Shown here: one piece after another, positions 1 through 12,670 of the stretch
Layout of the letters: each line of letters opens with the position of its first letter
How positions within the stretch are numbered: position 1 is the stretch's first letter
Source of the DNA: Podospora anserina
Lineage: Eukaryota
NCBI GenBank assembly: GCA_017654855.1
Contig: CM030333.1
Coordinates: 3,968,001-4,032,000, forward strand
Length of the DNA: 64,000 nt
Reading direction: 5' to 3'
The notes under the pieces: model-generated
Seen by the model: the letters and a program-made list of their open reading frames with translations, nothing else
What the model was told of the DNA's origin: nothing
Databases searched by the model: none
Program-made: the position numbers and the translations under genes

Positions 1-1266
1 GATCTATTACGCGACACAGCCGGCGACTCGGCGGCAGCCTCCAGGGTGGGGTTCGTCATGGATACCGGGGAATGTGTGATGGTCTCTTGTAACGTCCATC
101 TGCGCTGGAGTTTCGAGCTCTCGCCATTGTCGGTCGGCGTTGCCGCGTCCTCATCTGTGGTGCCCAATAATGTGTTTTTGGGTGTCGAGAATCCGCCCTT
201 CTTCTCCTCGAGGCTGTCTCGAAGCACATCGACCTTGTTGTTGAAGTACTCCTCCAGGCAGTCCTCGAGTTTGATGCCCTTGCCCGACGGATCGGGAGGG
301 ACGGCAAGGTTGAGTAACCGCTCGTGTACCACTTTGTGATCATCCACATCGCCCTTTCCTTGGTGAAACAAATCGACCTGCAGCGTAAGTAGAGGTAGCT
401 GTAGTGTCTCTGTAATAAACGCAAAAGCCTCTGAGGTGTCTTGCTGTTCCAACAACTGGGCTTCCTTCCACCCACATGCAGCAAGCGATTCCTGGATGTG
501 TTGTGTCTGGACATCAAGTCAGTTTAACCCCGTCAATAAGACTGCTAGGCTCCTACCATATCCGTAGGAATCAACTTTCCGCTTCTCAACATGTTGACCC
601 ATAACCGTAACAAGGCAGCCAGTTTCCTTTGAGCCTCGTCCGTAGAGTCATTCTTGAGCATGCACTCGAAGGCCTGGAGCTTGGCGAACATGGCAAATAG
701 CAGGGCGTCGAGATAACAAGTAACATTTCCCCGGTTCACGGCGCCCAGCATTTGGACATTGGCGTTGTATGGCTGTATTATCCCAGCGAACGCCTGCTGT
801 TGTAGCTGTAACAGCTCCAGAGCCTTGTCGACGTCGCCGTCGGCGAACTTGGAGTCGAGGGCATAACGGATAATGTCGGTTGTGATCTCGTGGTAGTTGA
901 GCTCTTCGAGTTTCTTTTTGATCTCCTCGACCTGTAATATGACTGTCAGCACCTATTCAACTTCACAAGCTATAGAGGCTAGACGACTCCAACAAACGCA
1001 CCTTTCCAGCTTCTTTTTCCTCTACCTCCTTTTCCTTTTGGGCTTGTTTTGCGGACTCTGGCCTAAAGATAGACAGCCAGGAATCAATCCCCAATGGGCG
1101 AGCCTAGACAAATCGTCAGCAATTGAACAAGCTTTCTCGGAGCCGAGACAGCTTCTCCCACACAGACCTTTGCGCCGGGTTCAGACGACTTGTTTCGTCG
1201 GTGGCTCCCACTCTTGTCTCGCACGCTCCTGAATTTTTTAGGCATGATCATCTGTGCTGCCTTCAT
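1..1266 (-). CDS. Ubiquitin-specific protease / C19 deubiquitinase (CYLD-like), 5' part only; runs off the window start
   Basis: Spliced reading MKAAQMIMPKKF...GAK | ARPLGIDSWLSIFRPESAK...GK | VEEIKKKLEEL...NRGNVTCYLDALLFAMF...DM | TQHIQESLAACGW...QQDTSEAF. It has a USP Cys box and a QQD.SE.F motif, with GT..CTGAC..AG introns. The start codon is uncertain. Confidence 0.8.
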
Positions 1267-3609
1267 CTTGGTGCTTTTGCGCAGCGCATCGATATATGCG
1301 GCTGTTGGGAGAGCGAGGTGACTGTGTGTTGTATCCGCCACAGAGGTTGTACCATGTACGGGGCAGGTACCGGGACGTGGGGGACCGCACAGCAAGGCAA
1401 CCTATGCGAAAATGGGCATCGAAGGCGCAGTGCGACGGGGAGCAGTCAAAGAAAGGAAAAACAAGGCAAGATTAGTCAAGAATGAAGGTATCCGCCTCGA
1501 AGAAGTGTTGACCGTCGACCGGAAGATCCCAAGGTTCGTGTTTGGATATCGTTAAGGTAGTTGGGATGAGGGGTTAGGTTTCAGGCGCACTGAGCAAGTA
1601 TCAAGTTGGGGCTTTGCGATGAACCCTCGAGCGCTCAACAAGCGAAGGGGCGCCCGCCGGGCTGATGACGATGGGTGCCTGCCACCGGTGCTCCGAACCG
1701 AATTGCCTAAAATGACGAGGCCAACCGCTGGAGGCAACGTTGATATCAAGAGCGCTGGAGATAGAAAGGCTGAGCGCCAAAATACGGGGGACGGGAAGTT
1801 GAGAAGGCGGTAGCTTGTTCGCCAACGGACAAGGCCAACAAATTGAAGGGCCAAAGAGGGGCCCAAAGACGTGGGCAGCGCAACGCGTGGCGGATGGGGA
1901 TGTGGACAAGGATGATAAGACCTGTGGACCACAGGGGAAGTGGATGCCCAAATTGCTCCCTTTAGCTTTTGCTTATCATGGAGCAACAAGTTGCCAGAGC
2001 AGAGTTTCAGAGTTCAGAGTTCAGATGCTGCTCTTCTTCGGCCACTGATCATCGAGTCATTTAAGGCGTTCGTTGGATAGTAGCTCTGCTGGCTAAATGT
2101 CCACACACACGCGCGACTGATCAAAACCACGAGACAGCATCTTGAATTTCTTGCACAGATACGAATATACAAGCGCTGTGGCTACCTTACCCTACCTGCT
2201 GGCCTGCGATTGGATCGCAATGTCCCAGTGAACACCCAGATGCGCACTCCTGACCCAGAACCCCGTTTCTGTGGGGGAAGGAAGGTTAGCTGATGGCGCT
2301 CAATAGGGCTGGGCTGTCCATGATGTTGCATCGATAGCTGCGTCTGCACCTGTCAGTCGAACCGCGTTTTGGGATCTGCAGTTTGACAGAGACCCTTGCC
2401 CCGCCTTGCCCCCCGTTCGCAGGTCCGATCGGGAGCTTCGTTATGGTGCTTACCCTAAACGGGCAGATTGACGTCTCCAATGACGCTCTAGAAGATCTAC
2501 AAGGGTCTAGAAGAAAGCTTTATCTCGATGCCTGCTGTTGCTGCCATAGTATCGTGAGGGTGACTGGCGGCAAATGACGAGTGTGGTGTTGGCTGGATTT
2601 GCAGGTCTACGTAATTCTCAGACTGCTTCCAGAGTCCCAGTGGGAAAACGTGTCGTGAGGTGGTGGCAGATGGTCGTAGTTACCAGAGGGGCTTTCGCGG
2701 CGTAAGCGTCTCATGATGGCTCAGCAAATCGGTCCGGAGAGTCAGAGGCCCAGACACCGGGACGGCAGCACCGAATGTGATGCCTATTGGTACAAATATA
2801 CTTCTTCCCCTATAAATAAGCACACTGCGAGCGACCGTATTCTTTCATCCTTCGCAGCATCCTGGGCCACAATTGTGGTCCAAGAGGACATTGGTCACCT
2901 CATCAGATCCATGTCGCGACTGTGAGAACACACAAGTCTGTTTTAGGCCAAGTTTAGGGGGACTGTTTGATTGATATGCTGGCGCAGAGACATGACGTCA
3001 CGATAATATGTTCGTTGTGTTATGCTAGAGAAAATAAAGTGTGATGGAGTAATAGTTGATCTGTTGGCCATCAAGGTGTTGAGGGATAACGCTGAAGCAC
3101 TGTTTTCAAGGCGCAGTAATGAGTAAGGCAGCGGGGCTGGACATGTGAGACAGACGTCGACGCATGTATCGTAAGTTGAACTTTGGAGAAGATCCTGTTT
3201 TGCTAGTGATGAGCTGATCGCGCTACATGACCCGAGGTGAATGCTCCGGATATCATGGTGTTTCCCCATGGAAATGTGCAGTGGAAATGCTTACCAACAA
3301 CAAATGCGCGGAAAACGGCATGCGCCAACTGAGGGGTTCGATTGGACGGCCCCGGACTCTTGGCAGCCAGAGACCCACATTCCCCACGAAATCAACCTCG
3401 GCAGGGAAGGGGTAGCTTGGAACTCGGCTCAACCATCAGCTGAGCCGAACCATTCATCGCCATGCATTGAACTCAAAGTGCTCCCGTATTGACCTTGATG
3501 CATACGTTTATTAGCAGTGCTGTTGCCTCTGTTCTTTTAGAGTTTGTCGACCTTTTGCCAATTCACCAAATCAATCAAGTCTTGTTGAAAGTTTAAAGCC
3601 ACCAGAAAC

Positions 3610-5145
3610 ATGTCGGCCCAGATCCCCATTGCTGTATGATGAAGCCCCCATTGCATACGCTCCACCTCCGCATCCAGCAAGCATATCACTAACATCCAGG
3701 TGCAGGTCCGCGATCGCGTTAGCGACAAGGCCGCGAAGACGTTGGACATCGTTGCCAAGTTCGTTGATGAAGAGTGTATTCCGTATGGTTCACCTCACCG
3801 CTTTCCATATTGAAACCACAGCCGGTCTAATGATGTCACCTCAGTGCCGATACTGTCTTTGAGGCCCAGGTTGGCGTTGGTGAGGCGAGATGGCAGGCTC
3901 ACCCCAAGATCCTCGAGGACCTCAAGGAGAAGGCGAGGTCCCTCGGCCTCTGGAACATGTTCCTGCCCAAGGGTCACTACAAGGAGTCTCCGGGCTTCAC
4001 CAACCTCGAGTATGGCTTGATGGCCGAGTGGTTGGGCAAGTCTAGAGTTGCCTCCGAGGCGGTCAACTGTGCTGCTCCTGATACCGGCAACATGGAGGTG
4101 TTGGCCAAGTATGGCAATGATGCCCAAAAGGCTCAGTGGCTCAAGCCCTTGATGGACGGTGTCATCCGTTCGGCTTTCCTCATGACAGAGCCTCAGGTCG
4201 CCTCTTCAGATGCTCGGAATATTGAGCTGAAGATGGTCAGAGACGGTGATCACTATGTCTTGAACGGCTCCGTAAGTGCCATCGTCTTGCTCAACTACAC
4301 TGCGTAACACTAACAACACAACACAGAAATGGTGGTCCAGTGGTGCCGGTGACCCGCGCTGCAAGATCTACATCGTCATGGGCAAGAGTGACCCCAACAA
4401 CAAGGACCCATACAAGCAGCAATCCGTCATCCTTGTGCCATCAGACACAAAGGGCATCACTATCCACCGCATGCTTTCTGTCTACGGCTACGACGATGCG
4501 CCCCATGGCCACGGCCACATTACCTTCCACAATGTCCGCGTCCCGGCTACCAACCTTGTGCTTGGAGAGGGTCGTGGCTTCGAGATCATCCAGGGCCGTC
4601 TCGGTCCCGGCCGTATCCACCACGCCATGAGAACCATTGGTGCTGCTGAGCGTGCCTTGGAGTGGATGCTTATGCGTATCAACGACCCGACAAAGACTCC
4701 CTTCGGCAAGCAGCTTCGTGAGCATGGCGTTATCCTCGAGTGGGTTGCCAAGTCCCGTCTGGAGATTGACGCTGCTCGCCTGGTTGTTCTCAACGCTGCC
4801 ATCAAGATGGACGAGCAAGGTCCCAAGGCCGCGCTGAAGGAGATCGCCCAGGCCAAGGTTCTTGTTCCCCAGACTGCCCTGACTGTCATTGACAGGGCCG
4901 TCCAGTCCTTCGGTGGAGCCGGTGTCAGTCAGGACACTCCCTTGGCCAACATGTGGGCTCAGATCCGCACCCTCAGACTGGCGGATGGACCAGATGAGGT
5001 GCATCTGCAGCAGATGGGCAGGAACGAGAACCGCCGTGGCAAGGAGGTTGCTGCCAAGATTGCTGCTCAAAAAGCAAAGGCTGAGGAGTTGTTGAAGAAG
5101 TACAACATCACCAGATCGGAGATTGGCTCCAACATCAAGCGCTAA
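3610..5145 (+). CDS. Acyl-CoA dehydrogenase (ACAD10/11-like), 4 exons
   Basis: MSAQIPIA|..[33 protein letters not shown]...[13 protein letters not shown]...[13 protein letters not shown]...[15 protein letters not shown]...[10 protein letters not shown]...[10 protein letters not shown]. Introns at about 3634-3699, 3783-3844 and 4272-4326. Confidence 0.93.
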
Positions 5146-5861
5146 TTTTTTATGCTATAAACCCTCTTGGATTCTGGCGAATATTTTTGGCATCTGGGAA
5201 TGACATTACATTATCAATATTTTGTATCTACTGCTCCACCAACAGAATGGGATTTTTCAGTGACTTGTTGATTTCTCGCTGTAAACAATGGGTGTTTTGG
5301 GGTGATCGCAGTCGCCGAGCGCCGTGACTGTGCCTCTCGCCAGGGGCAAGGGCTTGGGGTGTTGTGGAGCCCGTGCGTCAATGCTCGGTTGCCCGGTCGT
5401 TGTTACCCAAAACGGTAGTCTGTTGTTTTTTTTCTGCCGGAACCTGTTTCCTGCACCACACACTTGCTCAATTCACTTGCGGTCCAAACAACCCACAGCC
5501 CAGCATTGACTCTCGCCCCAGTTTGGCAGCCAATTTAAACCGACCAACCGCTCCCTTCACCAATTTTGCCCCTCGTCGCCTCCAGATACCAGCATCTTTG
5601 CTACCTCGGACAACACAAATCCTGCTTTTTTGGCTCCCCCATCTCGTGTTGTTTACGCAACCTACCTTTCAGCTCGGATCGCTCGGACAGATTCGATTCG
5701 TCGATTGCACCTACCCTCCATTCCAGTAGCAGCCCGAGCCCTTCCGTTCCCGTTGCTTGCCCAACCGACCGACCAAACCAAAAACCAGTTCTTGTACGAC
5801 CAAAACAAACCATTACACCATACAACCATCAGCTGGCAAACCAGTCAAACAACATATAACG

Positions 5862-6361
5862 ATGCCTTCCAACGTCCTCGCTGCCAAGGACGTCAACATG
5901 TCGCTTCCTACCACCAACAACAACAACACGACCCAGACCTCGACTGATACCTGCGGCAAGCCCGATACTATGAGCATGGAGTACCACCGTCAGGTCTTTC
6001 AGAACAAGATGGCGGCACAGGAGGAGTATGTCTTCCCTCGATCATTCTACTTTCTGTTTGATCAAGTCGCTAACACGCACCCTCCCAGGAAAACTTACAT
6101 TTCCCCCTCGGATAACCTTATGTCCCCTTGCACAGCCAAGCTGAGTGCCTTCCGCAGCAAGCAAGTCGGCAAGTAAGTACACACCTCGCTACCTCTGTCC
6201 TATCTTCTGACCACAAATGCTAACCGCACTCCCCCAACAGAGTCAAGCCCAAATCCCTCTTCGCCCAGGCGTCCTCTAAGAAGCTCGACGCCGCGGGCCA
6301 GAGCAGCCTGCTGTTCGGCAACAAGCCCAAGCCCGCCGCTCCTCCTGCCGGCAGCAGCTAG
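5862..6361 (+). CDS. SPO12: Spo12-family protein, 3 exons
   Basis: Motif YISPSDNLMSPCTAKL...K|VKPKSLFA is typical of the Spo12 family. Introns at about 6027-6088 and 6173-6240; TAG stop at 6359-6361. Confidence 0.8.
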
Positions 6362-7032
6362 GCATTGGACACGGCGAAACATGAACACCCTTTTTCTTTT
6401 TCTCTTCGACATGACCGTTCTCCTCCGACCATAACGGAAACCATTATTTTCTGTTTGTTTGGTTACATCGCTTCTATTTTTTCTTTTGTCAGAGTACACA
6501 CACTCCCTCTACACAAGAGGGGTGAAGGGGGCAAATTGGTCTATCGGGGGTTTGGGAGGCATTGGGAAACATCAAAGGCGTTTGAGGTTTGGCTTGCTAG
6601 AGAGTTTTTGCTTTGACACTTTACTTTGCCAGACTACCCAAAAGAAATCGGGGGGAAAGGAAGGGGAGTTTTTTTACTGGGGAAAGATGATTACTACATG
6701 ATGGATTACACTTTTGCTTTTTTAGACACAGACAAAACAATTGATGGGTGGTGCATTATTGCTGCCGTATACATTATCTCTGTCTTTTTCTTTTTTGTTG
6801 GTGATTGTGTTACTGGCTGGTCTTGACCAGAGTGTTTGTTATCGAGGGTGGCGGTTTGACGTTTGACACATGGTACCGGGTTCTTCTCATGGCATTTTCA
6901 TCACCCCTTCCGGATACAGATAATCCACAGCTACAACTCTCAATCTCAATTTATAGACACATCACATCAACAGTACCTATCTTGTTACTTGTTTCAGCGC
7001 TAGAATCATTCTCATATTTTTCTCGACTAACT

Positions 7033-7053
7033 ACCACCACCACCACCACCACC
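7033..7053. repeat. (ACC)7 microsatellite in the RBG2 3' UTR
   Basis: Read directly. Confidence 0.85.
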
Positions 7054-7064
7054 ACGAAACGAAA

Positions 7065-8481
7065 CTAAGCCTTCCACCCACTGACAATATATACCACATC
7101 CTCATCGCAAACCGGATGACTCAACCCCACCCTCTGCGGTATATGCCTCGCGCTGGCGCCCCAAACGAGCGCATACTTGAACGTATCCTTCAGCGTCCTA
7201 TGAATCCTGTCACACACATCCTCGATGGTGCTATTACTCCTCACAATCAACGCCTCGCTAAAGTCGGGGTCGTTCCCCTTCCTCTTGGTGTAAATCCTGA
7301 CCAGGTTCAGCTCCTTCCAGCACCGGTCAATCACATCCTGGATGCCGAGGTCCAGCTCGCAAGACATGACAACCGTGTGGGGTTCCCGGGCGAGCTTGTC
7401 GAGGAAGTCGAGGGAGACGGAGTCGATCTTGTTGTAGACGTAGAGGCACTTGATGTACTTGCGGTGGTTGGCCATGATGACGTCGATGAGGTCGTCGACG
7501 GTACAGTTCTCGTCTCGGATGAGGACTTCGCAGTTGAGGATCTTGTAGTCGCGGAGGATGTTCATGATCATTTTTTCGTCGATTCCTTTGGGGGGGGATT
7601 GGAAGGTGATTTTCATGCCGCCGGCTTTTTTGGGTTTGAGGTAGATGTTACTAGGGACGGGGGGTTAGTGGGGGAGGGGGAGGAAATGGGGAGGAAAGGC
7701 GTACGGAGGTTCACGGTTGAGTCTGATGCCTACAGCTTCCAGCTCTGCTTCGAGAAGGGCGCGCTGTTCGGCTCTCTTGGTGGCGTCGAGGACCATGAGG
7801 ATGAGATCACTGGTTTTGGCGGCGGAGATGACTTGGCGGCCGCGGCCTTTGCCTTCGGAGGCACCTTCGATGATACCGGGTAGATCGAGGAGTTGGATCT
7901 CGGCACCGCCGTACTCGAGGACGCCGGGGATGGCGGTGAGGGTTGTGAAGGCATAGGAGGCCACTTCGGATTTGGTCTTGGTGACTTTGGAGAGGAAGGT
8001 CGATTTACCGACGGAGGGGAAGCCGACGAGGGCTATTCTGGCGTCGCCGGACTTGCTGACGTCGAAACCGGAGCCACCACCACCGCCGGCGCCCGGGCCG
8101 GGTTCGAGGAGTTGTGCGCGGAGACGGGCGAGTTTACTGGGGATGGTGTAAGTATGTAGGGGATGTGTTGAGGGGGAAGGGCCACTCACTTACCCCTTCA
8201 AGAGACCCAAGTGATATTCTAGGGTGAGTGTTAGATACTGTACGAATATGAGAGTGGTGAGGTATGAATTTACCAGTTGCCTTATTCTCTAGATATACCT
8301 GTTAGTGAGGTGTTGGGTGATAGACCAGGTGGTATGTACAAACTTTGAGTCTTCCTCATCTCATCCTCAATCCTATTTTATTTCACGATTCCGTCAGCCA
8401 GTCTGTGCTCACGAGACAACTGGATGAACATGATGATAAATGAGAGACTAACTCCTTGATCTTTTCCGTAATGTTCACCAT
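7065..8481 (-). CDS. RBG2: Developmentally regulated GTP-binding protein (DRG2/Rbg2), 6 exons including four 5' micro-exons
   Basis: Spliced N-terminus [36 protein letters not shown]; motifs [17 protein letters not shown] and NKID; C-terminal TGS domain. Confidence 0.93.
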
Positions 8482-8992
8482 CTTGGCGGTTACGAGACCT
8501 TTACAGTGTCTCTACTGTCCCTGTCGGGAGGGTGAGTGGTATAAACCGTAGGTTGATGGCGACAAGCACCAAGTTCATGTATCAAGCCGATATTCAGCTA
8601 TAATTCAAGACAGCAGCCAGGACAGACCCCACGTTTCTCAGGTTGGCAGAATTTCTGAGGGGCAGGAAGGGGCAAGAGTGGCACACTCAAATCTTCACCG
8701 CCTGCCCACTTTGACTAGCTTGCTTTTAAACTGGGGTCAGCAAGGTGCCTGGGAGCTTGTCAATTTTCCAGACCTACCGAGTGACGCTTGGCGCGTTGCC
8801 AGCAGCATCACTTTCGAATCGCGCATTTCACCACATCAAACTTTCCAGAGCTCCAGTCCAAGATTCAACCATCGCATTCATCGCCAGCGCACCAATTTTC
8901 ACTGCGACTGAACATACGTACAACATAGATCGTTCAACACACGCCATTCACGACACAACAGCATCATTCTCTCCAATAACACAACCGCAAAC

Positions 8993-10204
8993 ATGGCCGA
9001 AGTCGTCAACAGGCCAGACACGGCCGTCAACCTGCCCGAGATGGCCTCCGAAGACAGCCTTGCCCTCACCACCACAAAAAACACCACAGAAGTCACCGCG
9101 CCCGCCGAGAAGAAGGTCAAAAAGATCATTCGCCGCAAGAAGCGACCAGCGCGCGCCCAAGTTGACCCAGCCACTGTCAAGTCGGAACCCCCAGCACAAA
9201 CCGGCACGACATTCAACATCTGGTATAACAAATGGGCGGGCGGCGACAAGGAGGACTCGGCCATGAGCCAAACCCACGCCAAGGGAAGATGCAACATCGC
9301 CCTCGACTCGGGGTACACCAAAGCCGATGGCCATCCAGGCGCCTTCTTCTGCCTATACTTTGCCCGCGGTGTCTGCCACAAGGGTCAGGACTGCGACTAC
9401 CTTCACCGTCTTCCCGGCCCGTACGACATCTTCCCCCAAAATGTCGACTGTTTCGGCCGCGACAAGTTCTCGGATTACCGCGATGACATGGGTGGTGTTG
9501 GGTCTTTCAGTCGGCAAAACCGCACGATTTACGTGGGGAGAATTCATGTGTCGGATGATATCGAGGAGATTGTCGCGCGCCACTTTGCTGAGTGGGGACC
9601 GATTGAAAGAATAAGGGTGCTTTCCAACAGGGGCATTGCGTTTGTCACCTACCGGGACTTGGCCAATGCCGAGTTCGCAAAGGAGGCTATGGCGTGGCAG
9701 TCACTGGAGGGCAATGAGATCTTGAATTTGAGGTGGTCGCTTCCAGATCCCAATCCCATGGCCCAGAAGCGAGAGGCGAGGAGGATCGAGGAGCAGGCTG
9801 CCGAGGCGATCAGAAAAGCTCTGCCTGCTGAGTTTGTGGCTGAAATTGAAGGGAAGGACCCAGAGGCGAGGAAGAGAAGAAAGATTGAAAGCGGGTATGG
9901 GTTGGAGGGGTACGAAGCGCCGGATGAGGTTCATTTTGCCAGGGGGCCTAATGCTGTTAATCCAAGGGGAAGGGAAGGGTTCGAGTTGGAGCATGAGCAG
10001 AGGCTGATGCTGGAGGCGGCGGAACAGGAGATGATGCAGGAACAACGGTATGATCAGCCACCACCACAACAGCAGCAGCAGGGCGGAATATTCTCCAGCA
10101 GCACTCTCGCCGCGCTTCAAGGCGCCCAGGTAGCAGTTGCTTCAAAACCAGCACCCAAGACATCTACAGGGCCGTTGGTGGCATACGACAGCGACTCGGA
10201 CTAA
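8993..10204 (+). CDS. CWC2: Pre-mRNA splicing factor Cwc2 (CCCH zinc finger/Torus + RRM)
   Basis: KKRPARAQVD, FNIWYNKWAGGD, CLYFARGVC..G.DCDYLH, DCFGRDKFSDYRDDMGGVG, then an RRM. Single exon. Confidence 0.95.
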   Translation: MAEVVNRPDTAVNLPEMASEDSLALTTTKNTTEVTAPAEKKVKKIIRRKKRPARAQVDPATVKSEPPAQTGTTFNIWYNKWAGGDKEDSAMSQTHAKGRCNIALDSGYTKADGHPGAFFCLYFARGVCHKGQDCDYLHRLPGPYDIFPQNVDCFGRDKFSDYRDDMGGVGSFSRQNRTIYVGRIHVSDDIEEIVARHFAEWGPIERIRVLSNRGIAFVTYRDLANAEFAKEAMAWQSLEGNEILNLRWSLPDPNPMAQKREARRIEEQAAEAIRKALPAEFVAEIEGKDPEARKRRKIESGYGLEGYEAPDEVHFARGPNAVNPRGREGFELEHEQRLMLEAAEQEMMQEQRYDQPPPQQQQQGGIFSSSTLAALQGAQVAVASKPAPKTSTGPLVAYDSDSD

Positions 10205-10304
10205 GCCAACTCAACCGACTTTGTAGAATATCATCATGGCGTTCCTTTTCTCATAGAAATACCTTGGCTACACAAAAGGCATAATGATACCACATCTGTC
10301 TCAC

Positions 10305-11335
10305 CTAACTATTAAATATCCTTGAATAAAGCACCTCGTGCCTCCCGAACCAAAGATCCATAACCGGTACATTCTGCCCTGCTCTTTCGACCTTGGTCCC
10401 CCACTCCCGCTTGATCATCTCCGTGATCAACTCCTGCACCGTCTCTCCAGCAAGTATCTTTTGCGCTTGATACGGCCCAAACATCCCTGCCCTGACCGCT
10501 GCTGAGACGAGTGCTTTGACATGCCCAAATAAAAAGATATACGCCGTCTGCTGCAGACTCAGTCCAACAACAGAACATATCGCCCCAAACAGCGGCGCAA
10601 GATGAGCGCTCGCGTCCGGGATCTCCTTGCTCGACCCCCTTTTGACCAGCAGCCCAAAAGCCTTGAGATCACCCCTTTGCGCTGCCGTTATCACTGACGA
10701 ACCCAGGGGGGGGAGGGATTGCGAAAACGACCTCTCCCATATCCCCAGCAGCGCCCTCCCTTGGGCTACACTCGCCCGACGGCCAACAGTGCAGATTATG
10801 CTTGCGTCCTGGGCGTCATCTAGCTCGACCAGATTCGACAGCGACGGGTCCCGATGCGCCGAGAGGACAAACGGCAGGGTGGTGGACGCGTAGGAGCTTA
10901 TCGACAGCGGGAGGAACGCTGCGAAGGAGGTGTGAGGGTGGTAAGGGTTTGACTTGTGGCCGTGGGCGAGGTACGACTCCAGCCCGGACGAAAAGGCGAA
11001 GCTCCCCAGTGGGAGGGCGGAGTCTGAGAGGAGGAGGTGGAAGTGGTTTGGGAGGTCTACCACCAGAAAATTAGTAAACCTGTAATTTTTTCCCCAAGAA
11101 TCAATCAGGGGTTAAAAAAAGGGGGGTGAAACAAACTAGGTGCCAACAGCGGTTGTTCCGGTGATGATGATGATGATGAGTCGTCGCCCTCAAGCCGGGA
11201 TCGGGGGTGTTTGCAACGCTTGGCTTTGGCTGCGGCCAGCTTGCGCTCCAGCTCGGCGATCTCATTGTCAAGGTCATCATCGGTGTCTGACTCACGATAT
11301 GAAGATATCGGGTCCTGAAATAAGTTTATCGTCAT
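10305..11335 (-). CDS. ureF: Urease accessory protein UreF, 2 exons
   Basis: LLLSDSALPLGSFAFSSGLES and terminal HEVLYSRIFNS. Exon 1 (MTINLFQD...LLAP) joins through an intron at about 11059-11136 (gtttgt..ctaat..tag). Confidence 0.9.
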
Positions 11336-12670
11336 TTTGTAACACTTCTGGAATTGTTTAGAACGAGTTGTTCAAGTGGGAAACGCAAATCAATTGTGAT
11401 ATCAAAAGGTCGTGTAAATAGACTCTCATTGATAAGAGCCGCAATTCGTCTTATCTAATGAAATCCATTATCTCACTCTCGTGCTTTCCTGATACTTGCA
11501 GCAACAAAATGTTTTGAGCCCGGTAGAATCGGATGCAATTGAGGATGCTCAGTCGGAGAGCTTGAGACATAAGCCATTGATCCAGAAAGGGTGGGTGGAG
11601 TTAGGAATTTCTGCTATTTTCCCTAGGTATCTCACACGTACACGGCAGCAACCACGGACAACTGTATGGTAACCAGCGCAAAATGTCCCACCCTTTCTGT
11701 GTCGTGCGATGCCTTTGCAATCACCATCAGTATAAATTGGTTCGTTCTGTAATGAAGAAATGCGTGTGGGAACATGGACAAGAAGAAATAATTCGTTATT
11801 TTACAGCACCGGGGGTTTATATATATACACAACCTGGAAGGAGGCACAATAGATAGAAAGCCTTGAAGTACCACCAGGCGTTGGCCATTGATGAGCATTA
11901 GGACCAAGCCTGTACTGAGCCACATCGCGCTGGATATGGGAATAGACGGACTCGGGCCCAAATCGACCGACCTCTGGTAATATTTTGCGCATCGGCAAAC
12001 TTTGCTTGTCGCGGACGATCTCTTGTTCTGCTCCTTTCCCTTTCCTTCACCCCCGCCCCAGTGTTTTGGTATGTCGTCATGAAAAAAGACAGCTTTTGAC
12101 AAGAATGGGGAGAAAGACAAAATGACAAGACCACTTGCAACCACAAACCAACCCAAACCCCAAAACCCCACCCAGCCACCGCCATGATTCAAAACATCTA
12201 TAGTACAGATTCGCGCCACTTTCTCTCTTTGGACATCATCGCCACATATATTGACCGTCTTCTGAAAATGATTAGGTCGAGAACTGGGGGGCATGCTTCT
12301 CTTAGTGTTCGGAGAGAGATATCGTGAGCGCGGAATGGGGGTCAAAAAGAACAGAAAACGTCCATCGTCCCGTCCATAAAAGGCCATCATTCAATGACCG
12401 TTGCGCTCGTGATCGACAGAAACCCCTTGCCGATGTCGTTATTGGTCGTAGGCGGGCCATGGAAGCCAACCCTTTATAGTAAAACAGGGGGTGAAGAAAG
12501 GATAACAGATTGCGAGCATCATCACCGGCAATGGCATCCGGCAAACTGGTCAGTTGTCACTGCCCGGCAGGAACTGGGCGGGAATTAAGTTGGATATGCG
12601 ATCTCGAGCGTGAGGGGCGAAGATACAAGGCCTGTAATATCTTACATTATCCGCGGACCTGCGGCAACAT

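Noticed and set aside
5130-5160. Cryptic peroxisomal PTS1 by readthrough in the acyl-CoA dehydrogenase
   Set aside because: The stop is TAA rather than TGA-CTA, and the extension (FFML) gives no convincing SKL-like signal.
6950-7067. Stop-loss extensions after the other TAG-terminated genes (RBG2, UreF, GGT, WRS1, GET3)
   Set aside because: The downstream frames are short or are clearly UTR or microsatellite sequence.
11632-12390. 252-aa minus-strand ORF downstream of TOM40
   Set aside because: UTR-like composition, no codon bias and no domain; most likely the TOM40 3' UTR.
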